The position numbers were made by a program, and so were the translations under genes. A DNA stretch of 64,000 bases from an uncultured Chloroflexia bacterium (GTDB lineage: Bacteria > Chloroflexota > Limnocylindria > Limnocylindrales > CSP1-4), in the NCBI GenBank assembly GCA_963754485.1, contig CAVWFY010000013.1:162183-226182 (forward strand), in the 5' to 3' direction. Each line of letters opens with the position of its first letter. Position 1 is the first letter of the stretch. Under the pieces are notes generated by a model. It made no database searches. It saw only the letters and a program-made list of their open reading frames with translations, and was not told where the DNA came from. Of the stretch, positions 18,191 through 26,114 are shown in pieces.

Positions 18191-19870
18191 GTGAGCGACC
18201 CCGAAGGCAGCGGCGTTCAACCGGCCGACCAGGCGCCGGTTGTCGAGGGCGCCCCCGAGGAGTCGGTCGCGGAGGAGTCGGTCGCGGACGCCGAGTCTGT
18301 CCCGGCCCCGCGTCGTCGCCATCCGTTCTACCTGCGTGGCCGGCGCCTCCGCCTGCCGCGGTCGCGAGCCGGTCTGTTCGCGCTGCTCCTGGTCCTGGCG
18401 GCCGGCGGCAGCGTCATCGCGTTCACCGGCGTCACGATGATCCAGTGGACCGAGACCGCCGACTTCTGCGGCCGGTGCCACACGATGGACCCGGAGCTCG
18501 GGGCCTATCACCTGGGCTCCCACCGGGACGTCTCGTGCGGCGAGTGCCACGTGGAGCCCGGGATCGCCGGCTGGGTCAAGGCCAAGCTCGCGGGCACGCG
18601 CCAGCTGGTGGGCGTCGTGACGGGCGTCTACCCCACCCCCATCGAGCCGCCCGACCACGCGGCGCTGCCCAAGACGGAAGACACCTGCCAGAAGTGCCAC
18701 TCGCTCAACGACCGGGAGTTCGCGGACCTGCGCACACGGACACAGTTCAAGGAGGACGAGAAGAACTCGCGCGAGTTCGTTGCCCTCAACATCCGGCCCG
18801 GCGGGGGTGACGTCTTCGACGTCAACCGCAGCGTCCACTGGCACGTCCTGTCCGAGTTCAGCTACCTCTCACCAGATGTCAACTCCGCGGTCATCGACTA
18901 CGCGACCGCCACCCGCGACGACGGCACGAAGGTGGAGTACATCGCCCGCAACAAGATCAACAACACGGAGGACGTCCGGGCGGACATCGAGGCGCTCAAG
19001 GCCGTTGACCGCGACGTCACTCTCAACTGCTACGACTGCCACAACCGGGTGGGCCACGACATCCAGAACCCGCGGCCCAACCTGGACTACCAGCTGTCCC
19101 AGGGCCTGATCGACCCGTCCCTGCCGTACGTCAAGCGCGAGGGGATGCGGATCCTATGGTCCGGCTTCCCGGACGACGAGACTGCGCACGCCGAGATCGA
19201 CAAGCTGGGCGACTTCTACAAGCTGAACTATCCGGACGTCTACGCCACCAAGGGCGCCCAGATCGAGGCGGCCAAGGACGAGCTCAAGGTCCTCTACGAC
19301 CTAACCACGACACCCGCCATGAATGTCACGGCTGCCACCTACCCGAACCAGATGGGCCACGAGGACTGGCCGGGCTGCTTCCGCTGCCACGACGGCGCCC
19401 ACTTCAAGGTCGTGAACGACGTCGCCACCACCGAGACCATTCCGTCAACCTGCAACACCTGCCACACGTTTCCCCAGATCGGGCCGGCCGTGGCCAGCCT
19501 CCCGTTGGGCGAGCCGCCGAGCACCCACACCGACGACTCCCTGTGGGTGTTCAACCACAAGAGCGTCGCGACATCCGTGGATCCCGGCGGTCAGACGTGC
19601 GTGGAGTGCCACGCCCGCGACTACTGCGTGAACTGCCACTCGACGGGCGCCGTGAGCATCGACCACGACACGATGGCGACGAACCACGCGGCCGTGATCC
19701 GGGACCAGGGGACCCAGTCGTGCGCCTACTGTCACCAGTCCGCGCAATGCGCGGTGTGCCACGTGGAACCGGTGCTGCCCGTGACGTCGCCGGCTTCCGG
19801 GGGTACCGAGGAGGGCTGGCGCCTGGAGCCGCCGGCCGGGATGTCGTTCCCGCTGGCGCCACCGGGCTGA
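18191..19870 (+). CDS. Membrane-anchored decahaem cytochrome, NapC/NirT(NrfH)-like N-terminus
   Basis: TM anchor LFALLLVLAAGGSVIAF followed by CGRCH..CGECH..CQKCH in NapC/NirT-like spacing. Further motifs: CYDCH, CFRCH, CNTCH, CVECH, CVNCH, CAYCH and CAVCH. The frame is intact. Confidence 0.8.
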   Translation: MSDPEGSGVQPADQAPVVEGAPEESVAEESVADAESVPAPRRRHPFYLRGRRLRLPRSRAGLFALLLVLAAGGSVIAFTGVTMIQWTETADFCGRCHTMDPELGAYHLGSHRDVSCGECHVEPGIAGWVKAKLAGTRQLVGVVTGVYPTPIEPPDHAALPKTEDTCQKCHSLNDREFADLRTRTQFKEDEKNSREFVALNIRPGGGDVFDVNRSVHWHVLSEFSYLSPDVNSAVIDYATATRDDGTKVEYIARNKINNTEDVRADIEALKAVDRDVTLNCYDCHNRVGHDIQNPRPNLDYQLSQGLIDPSLPYVKREGMRILWSGFPDDETAHAEIDKLGDFYKLNYPDVYATKGAQIEAAKDELKVLYDLTTTPAMNVTAATYPNQMGHEDWPGCFRCHDGAHFKVVNDVATTETIPSTCNTCHTFPQIGPAVASLPLGEPPSTHTDDSLWVFNHKSVATSVDPGGQTCVECHARDYCVNCHSTGAVSIDHDTMATNHAAVIRDQGTQSCAYCHQSAQCAVCHVEPVLPVTSPASGGTEEGWRLEPPAGMSFPLAPPG

Positions 19871-19877
19871 AGGCCAC

Positions 19878-19928
19878 CGGTGCGCGCCATCGGTGCGCGC
19901 CATCGGGGCCGCGGCAGCGGGGCCGCGG
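19878..19928. repeat. Two short tandem duplications (cggtgcgcgccat x2; cggggccgcgg x2) abutting repeat element copy B
   Basis: Direct reading. Confidence 0.75.
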
Positions 19929-19946
19929 GGAGGGGATCGCGGCGCC

Positions 19947-20062
19947 GTGATCGCGATCTGGATCAGATCGGCGATCTCCACACCGGGGTCGATACCCCAC
20001 ACCCGGGTTTCACCCACCGAGCTGAGCGTGGACACCCCGCTGGTGATCCAGACGGCGATCAC
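19947..20062. repeat. 116-bp TIR-bounded (MITE-like / REP-like) element, copy B
   Basis: Ends are gtgatcgcgatctggatca and tgatccagacggcgatcac. Colinear with copy A (2312-2427): ends near-identical, roughly two-thirds identical overall. Lies between convergent stops at 19870 and 20093. Confidence 0.75.
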
Positions 20063-20092
20063 GGGCGACGGGCAGGCCGGAAACTCGGCCGT

Positions 20093-20963
20093 CTACCCCC
20101 GCCCGGTCGCGACCCGCTCCGGCCGCGAATAGACGTTGAAGCCGTCGCCGCGCAGGAAGCCCACCAGGGTCACGCCCAGCCGCTCCGCGGCCTCCACGGC
20201 GAGGTCGCTCGGGGCGGAGATGGCGGCGAGCAGCGGGATGCCCGCCACGGCCGCCTTCTGGACGAGCTCGAAGCTGGCCCGGCCCGAGACCAGCAGCACC
20301 CGATCGTTGAGCGGCAGCTCGCCGGCCAGGAGCCGGCTGCCGACGAGCTTGTCCAGCGCGTTGTGGCGGCCGATGTCCTCGCGCAGAGCGACGAGCGTCC
20401 CGTCGGGGTCGAACAGACCCGCCGCGTGGAGGCCGCCGGTGGCGCCGAAGACGGCCTGGCCCTCGCGGAGCGCGCTCGGGGAGGGCGAGCAGCATCTCCG
20501 GCGTCACGACCGGACCGTCCGGGATCGGCGCGCAGCGCACTTCCACCTGGTCCAGAGAAGCCTTGCCGCAGATGCCGCACGACGCGGTGGCCACGAAGTT
20601 GCGGGACGCGATGCCCGCGGGGTCCAGGGGCTGCGCGAGGCGAACCAGGACGTCGTCGTCCGGGCGGGCGTGGGTCCCCGGGTCCGCGACCTCGATGGAC
20701 ACGATGTCCCCGCGGCCGTCGATCAGGCCCTCAGTCAGCAGGAACCCGGCCGCGAGCTCCGCCTCGTGACCCGGGGTGCGCATGGTGACGGCGATGTCGA
20801 TGGGGTCCTGGCCCGGGCCGCAAGCGCGGATCGCCATGGGCTCCTCGCCGGCCAGGCGGTCCTCGCGCGTCTCGACGACACCGGCTCGCCACGCCGTCAC
20901 CCGGACGGACGCGGCCTGGCGCTCTATGGACGGCCGTTCCGTGGCCGCCGCGTTCTCGCTCAA
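20093..20963 (-). pseudogene. fdhD: Formate dehydrogenase accessory sulfurtransferase FdhD, one frame shift (about 20470)
   Basis: MRTPGHEAELAAGFLLTEGLI and ASCGICGK lie in one frame. ..[64 protein letters not shown] lies in the next. TTGA overlap with the decarboxylase stop. Confidence 0.8.
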
Positions 20964-22210
20964 GCGCTCGACTCCCGGTCCAGGTAGACGGCCGTCCCCG
21001 TCGGTCGCAGGCAGTGGGTCGTCGACATCGCCTGGAGGTAGCCGCCGGCGTTGAGCACCGCGACGACCTCGCCCTCCTCGACCTCCCCGAACGGGTAGTC
21101 CTCCGCGAACACGTCGCCGGCCTCGTTGATGTGGCCCGCGATGGTCACGGTGTGTGTGCGGTCGCGGAGCGGATCCCGGACGGTCAGGATCTCCTGCGCG
21201 TAGTTGTAGATGAAGTAGGCGCAGTTGACGTTCCAGCCGATGTCGAGGCCCACGAAGGTCGTGCCACCGCGGCGCTCCAGGCTGACCACCTCGCCCAGGA
21301 GCAGGCCCGCGTCCTTGACGACGAGGTCCCCGGGCTCGAAGGCGGCGGTGATCCCGTACGGCACCAGGTGGCGTGCGACAACCTGCGCGTAGGCGTCGAG
21401 GTCCACCGGCCGCTCCGCGTCCCGGGCCACGCGCCCGAGACCGCCGCCCACGTTGACCTCGCGGATGGGGAAGCCCTCGGCGAGGAGTCGGTCGAGGAAC
21501 GGGGTCGCCCGTTCGAGTGCCGTCTCGAAGCCGTCCAGCTGGTCACCCAGCCAGCCGGACCCGGCATGGAAGTGCAGCGTGTCCACGACGAGCCCGTGGC
21601 GCCGGACGGCGTCGATCGCGTCGTCCAGGCGATCCTCGGTGACCCCGAACTTGGTGGGCCGCTCGCCGGCGTACGAGAGGTGCTCCGTGTAGCCGGCCCC
21701 GGCGCCCTGGTTGATCCGGAGGCCGATCGTGCGACCCTGCGCCCGGCGCCCCAGCCGCTCGACCTGGCTGACGCCGTCGAGGTTGATCCGGATCGGCTGG
21801 GCGAGGAGCACGTCAAGGTCCCGCTCGGACACGTTGGTGCCGGTGTGGCTGATCTCGGACGGCTCCCAACCGTTGGCGAGGGCGTGGGTCACCTCGCCCG
21901 GGGAACAGGCGTCGATGCCGACGCTCTCAGGGGTGCCCGGCGCACCCATCGCGCGCAGCACCGCGAGGATTCGCGGGTCCGGGCAGGCCTTGAGCGCGAA
22001 CCGGGTCACGTGCGGGACGCCGGCGCGCTTGAGCGCCGTCTGCAGCGCGCGCATGTTCTCGCGCGGCCGGGCGAGGTCGTAGACGAACAGGGGCGTGCCG
22101 TGCTCCCGGGCCAGCGCCTCGAGGTCCGCGCCGTTGAGCGACAGGCGGCCGTCGGCAACGTCGAAACCCGGGCGGCGCCACCAGGTCGGGGCCGTGGCGG
22201 CGGACGTCAC
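20960..22210 (-). CDS. PLP-dependent decarboxylase, Orn/DAP/Arg decarboxylase (alanine racemase-fold) family
   Basis: GTPLFVYDL, FALKACP (PLP-Lys context), HFHAGSG, EPGDLVV and NAGGYLQAMS. GTG 22210 overlaps the DUF2277 stop (GTGA). The N-terminal third of the 618-aa ORF is antisense/out-of-frame filler. Confidence 0.8.
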   Translation of the reverse strand: MTSAATAPTWWRRPGFDVADGRLSLNGADLEALAREHGTPLFVYDLARPRENMRALQTALKRAGVPHVTRFALKACPDPRILAVLRAMGAPGTPESVGIDACSPGEVTHALANGWEPSEISHTGTNVSERDLDVLLAQPIRINLDGVSQVERLGRRAQGRTIGLRINQGAGAGYTEHLSYAGERPTKFGVTEDRLDDAIDAVRRHGLVVDTLHFHAGSGWLGDQLDGFETALERATPFLDRLLAEGFPIREVNVGGGLGRVARDAERPVDLDAYAQVVARHLVPYGITAAFEPGDLVVKDAGLLLGEVVSLERRGGTTFVGLDIGWNVNCAYFIYNYAQEILTVRDPLRDRTHTVTIAGHINEAGDVFAEDYPFGEVEEGEVVAVLNAGGYLQAMSTTHCLRPTGTAVYLDRESSA

Positions 22211-22518
22211 CTGGTCGCGGGCGGCTGCCGCGACCGCCGCGTCGAGGCCGGACGGGCCGCGATCAGCGCGCGGCGGGTGACGGGGTCCGCGAACGGGTCC
22301 GGGCCATCGGCGACGGGTGTCCCCACGGCACGAAGGAGCCGCTCGGTGATCGCAGCGATCTCGTCCACGGCCGCCTCGAACGCCACGGTGTTGCGGGCGG
22401 AGGGCTGTCGGAAGCCGCTGATCTTGCGAACGTACTGGAGGGCGGCGGCCTGGGCCTCCCCGGTGGTGGCGGGTCCGGCCTCGTCGGCCCGGCGGAGTTG
22501 GCGGATGCTTCGGCACAT
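22207..22518 (-). CDS. DUF2277-family small protein
   Basis: MCRSIRQLRRADEAGPATTGEAQAAALQYVRKISGFRQPSARNTVAFEAAVDEIAAITERLL matches my memory of the actinobacterial MCRNI..AALQ(Y/F)VRK(I/L)SG family. Confidence 0.7.
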   Translation of the reverse strand: MCRSIRQLRRADEAGPATTGEAQAAALQYVRKISGFRQPSARNTVAFEAAVDEIAAITERLLRAVGTPVADGPDPFADPVTRRALIAARPASTRRSRQPPATR

Positions 22519-22565
22519 GCCGCGCAGGGTACTGCGCGTGGGCCGAGGGCGGCGAGAGGGGGCCG

Positions 22566-22677
22566 TCACCGGGGGTTGACGCCATGCGGTTGCCATCACC
22601 GGGGTTTGCCGCCATGCGGGTGCCGCCCCGGGTGCGGCCCGGGTGCGGTCCGGTAGCCGCGCCCCCGGGTGCGGTCC
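22566..22677. repeat. Leader-region tandem duplications (about 30 bp x2: tcaccggggKttgMcgccatgcggKtgc; ccgggtgcggYc x3)
   Basis: Direct reading. Lies between the DUF2277 start (22518) and element E1. Confidence 0.75.
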
Positions 22678-22692
22678 GAAGAGCCGTCGAGC

Positions 22693-22905
22693 GCCGCATT
22701 TCACTCAGAGTGAACATCGTGGACGCCATGGCACGCTCAGGCCGGTCCCCGTGGTTTCGAGGGGCACATGCGGGCGTCCAGGCGTCGCCGGTTAGCCGTT
22801 CGCGTCTAGCGGCCAAGGCGTCACGAGGCCAAGGCCAGCCCAGGACGAGCCTCGGGAGGACGCCAGGGACGCCAAGGGGCCGATGTTGTTCACTCCGAGT
22901 GAAAA
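22693..22905. repeat. 213-bp paired-palindrome element, copy E1 (TTCACTCaGAGTGAA ... 189 bp ... TTCACTCcGAGTGAA)
   Basis: Perfect 15-bp palindromes at 22700-22714 and 22889-22903. The 24-mer gccgcatttcactcagagtgaaca is identical to copy E2. The interior is weakly colinear with E2. Confidence 0.75.
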
Positions 22906-22935
22906 GAGGGCAACGTCGCGCCCCGGAGCCCCGGC

Positions 22936-23814
22936 TCAGTCGTTCCCGGCCCCGGCCAGCGCCCCTCGGAGCAGCGCCCGCTGCAGGATCACGAACACGA
23001 TCACCACGGGCAGGGCCATGAGCAGGGCGTAGGCAGCGGTCAGGCCCCAGTTGGCCGTGTAGAACCCTGTCGTCTCCATCGCGAGCACCATCGCCAGGGT
23101 CGCGTTGCGCTCGGACTCAATGAACATCCACGCGAGCGCGAACTCCGAGTAGGCGAGCAGGAACGCGACCAGGGCCGCCACCAGGATCGACGGTGTCGCA
23201 AGCGGCAGGGTGATCTTCCGGTAGGCGAGGAACCGGGATGCCCCATCCACGAATGCGGCCTCCTCCAGCTCGGCAGGCACGGCCCGGAAGGCCGCCCGCA
23301 TCAGCCAGACGGCGAGCGGCAGCGCGAACGAGGCATACAGGATCGCCAGCGCCAGGGTGGAGTCCTTGAGGCCGAAGGCGTCGATCGCGGGCACGCTCCT
23401 CTCGAGCGTGATGAACAGGACGTAGAGCGGCAGCGCGAGGGCGATCGCCGGAAGGAAGGCCCCCAGCAGCACCACGATCAGGCCGCCCTGGTTGCCGGGG
23501 AAGCGCAGGCGGGCGAAGGCGTAGGCCATCGTCGCGCCGAAGATCACCGAGACGAGCGCCGCCGACCCGGCCACGACGAGGCTGTTCCAGAGCAGGCCGA
23601 TGAAGCCCATCTCCACGAACTCGGCCCGCAGGGCATCGGCGAACTTGTCCAGCGTGAACTCCACCGGGAGCAGGTGAAACCCGTCCGGGTAGCCGGTCAG
23701 CGAGCCGTCCGTGGCCATGGTCGCCATGACCCAGATCGGCGCGATCACGAACAGGCCGACCAGGACGAGGATCCCCTGGCGGAGGAGCTGGCCGCGGAGC
23801 GGAAGGCTGCGCAT
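22936..23814 (-). CDS. Carbohydrate ABC transporter permease (CUT1, MalG-like)
   Basis: Six-TM pattern. EAA loop LEEAAFVDGASRFLAYRKITLPLATP. ATG 23814 (MRSLPLRGQ). Confidence 0.85.
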   Translation of the reverse strand: MRSLPLRGQLLRQGILVLVGLFVIAPIWVMATMATDGSLTGYPDGFHLLPVEFTLDKFADALRAEFVEMGFIGLLWNSLVVAGSAALVSVIFGATMAYAFARLRFPGNQGGLIVVLLGAFLPAIALALPLYVLFITLERSVPAIDAFGLKDSTLALAILYASFALPLAVWLMRAAFRAVPAELEEAAFVDGASRFLAYRKITLPLATPSILVAALVAFLLAYSEFALAWMFIESERNATLAMVLAMETTGFYTANWGLTAAYALLMALPVVIVFVILQRALLRGALAGAGND

Positions 23815-23822
23815 CTCGGACC

Positions 23823-26019
23823 TCAGGCGAACGCCACGCGCTCGACGCGGGAGCGCCAGCGCAGGAACCAGGCGACAACGATGGCGAGCGCGACAACGGT
23901 CACGATGTTCACGGCGGCGCTCACCGAGTAGAGGAATGGCTCGAAGCGGATCAGCGAGTAGCTCCACGTGGCCACGGTGTAGGTGTTGTCGTTGGGGGAC
24001 AGGATCCAGAACAGGTAGAACTGGTTGAACGTGGCGATCGCGCGGACGACGAACGCGGCGCCGAGCAGCGGCAGGAGGAGCGGCAGCGTGACGCTCCGGA
24101 ACCGCCGCCAACGATCGGCACCGTCCAGCTCTGCCGCCTCGGTGACGGAGCGGGGAATCGTGCGGAGGCCCGCCGTCGCCACCAGCATCCAGAGCGGCCA
24201 GCCCATCCACGTGGCCGCAACCAGGAGCACGACCAGCGAGATCTCGGGTGAGTCCCGGTAGGGGAAGTCGGCGCCCATGAGCTGGGCGACCAGGCCCTGC
24301 TGGGGATGGAAGATGTCCTGCCACGCGATGGCTCCCACGACCTCGGGGATCGCCCAGGGGAGGATGAACAGCGTCCGCCAGGCGGGGGTGAACCGCATGC
24401 CGGGCCGCTCCATCACCAGCGCGACGGCAATGCCGACGACCGCCTGGAGGCCGACCGCGAGGACCATCCACAGGACGGAGAAGGCGACGAACGTGGCCGT
24501 GGAGTTGAAGCCCAGCCAGACGCCCTGCTGCATGCTGCTCAACACGCCAGCGCCGACGTAGTTGACCTCCTTCGACCGCGCGTCGACATCGAACGCGGTC
24601 GCCGAGATCTGGCCGGTGAGCCCGCCGATCGATTCCCGCATCACGCCGCCGTTCAGGCCGTCCCTGAGCGAGCTGAGCTGCATGTCGGTGGTCGACAGCA
24701 GCGCCTCGTAGACCAGCGGCACGATACCCAGGAGCAGGAGAGCGATGATCCCGGGGGCCAGCCAGGGCAGGGCCCCGCGCAGGTCGCGCAGCGGGCGGCC
24801 GCGCGCGCCCTTCGGCGCACCCTTCGACGCGTCGCTCGCCGCCGTGCTCCGCGGACCGCGGCCGTGGAATGCCGCGACGAGGCGGCGCCACGCGGGCTGC
24901 AGCAGGTTCTCCGTCCCGAGGCCCGCGGCGAGGCACAGCGGCGCGGACAGCACGAGGATGTACTGCGGCCACTTGGACGGCCAGGCGAGCAGGAACAGGA
25001 AGGCGAGGAGCAGCCACAGCGCGTACACCCGCTGCTCGCCCCAGAGGCGGCGCAGGCCCGTGACGGCGAGCGCAGTGATCGCCAGGTCCACCGCGACGAC
25101 GAACGTGGACTCCTTCTGCCAGCCCGCCGGTACCGAACCCATGAGCCAGACCAGGGGCTGCCAGATGGGCCAGCCGGTGTCCTGGACGGCGTCGGTGCCC
25201 ACGTAGCCGCCGTGGTACGTGATCGATGCAATCAGGCGGCCCACGGGATCCGGCCACAGGTACGGGTCGGCGGCCAGGAACGCGACGGCACCCAGGGCGA
25301 GGAACCCCAGGATCGGCACCATGGCGCGGAGCCGCGGCCCGGCTCCCTCCTCGGTCGACCGCACCCGCAGCGCCCAGTCGATGACGATGGCGAGCCCGGC
25401 CACGCCGTACAGGTACTTGCCGGCACACGCGAGCCCGAACGCGATCGCGGCCGCCGCGAGCCAGGCGCCCCTGCGGCGCCCCACGACCCCGGGCCGCCAT
25501 GCGCGTGTCGAGAGCACCACCGCGAGCAGCGCGAAGAACGCCGGGACCGCCTCGAGCATCACCTGCGAGGAGTACTTGATGCTCCAGGTGTGGAGGGCCA
25601 GCCACAGCCCTGCCAGCGGCGACACAAGCGCCAGCAGGAATGCCGTCAGCGCCCCGAAGACCGCGTTGGCCGTGCGCGCGGCAGTGAGGTGCGGCTCGGG
25701 CAGGTCGTTGTTGGGGCCGGCCGTGATCGGGGCATCCGGGATCTCGGCGGCTGCGGGGAGCGGCGTGAGCACCAGCCCCGTGACGATCTTGGACAGGGGC
25801 GGGTGCTCGGGCCGGTAGTTCTCGCGCAGGAAGACGCCCGGATCGCCGGCCTGGAGCCCCGTGGCGTACGAGCTGCCCGGCGCGCAGGTAGTCGTCCTCG
25901 TCGAAGTCCGTGTTGAGCTCGCCCACGGCGAGCATCCGCGTGCCGAACGCGACGAGCAGGATCGCGACCGCCGCGGCCACCAGGACGACGCGGCGAAGGC
26001 GTGCCTCGGGGACTGGCAT
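23823..26019 (-). pseudogene. Fusion: GT-C (PMT_2/ArnT-like) glycosyltransferase domain + CUT1 MalF-like ABC permease domain; one frame shift near 25860
   Basis: N-terminus MPVPEARLRRVVLVAAAVAILLVAFG..NTDFDEDDYLRAGQ (acidic DE/DD loop motif of GT-C enzymes), then about 10 TM segments. It continues without a stop or an in-frame ATG/GTG/TTG into the permease half (LPWLAPGIIALLLLGIVPLVYEALLS.. EAA loop TEAAELDGADRWRRFRSVTLPLL). Confidence 0.6.
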
Positions 26020-26049
26020 CCGACGATTGTGAAGGTGGCGTCAATCCCC

Positions 26050-26090
26050 CGTGGGACCGGGTGTCCGTGGGACCGGGTGTCCGCGGGACC
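26050..26090. repeat. Tandem duplication cgtgggaccgggtgtc x2.5
   Basis: Direct reading. Intergenic, between the MFS stop and the GT-C/permease start. Confidence 0.75.
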
Positions 26091-26114
26091 AGCGCAGTCC
26101 CAGGCCCGGTCCGA

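Noticed and set aside
22700-22714. Calling the palindromes bona fide BldD boxes
   Set aside because: The match is to a degenerate pattern (TNAC-N5-GTNA) only. No bldD gene is in the window, and the organism is unidentified. The idea is kept as a hypothesis inside the finding, not as a feature call.
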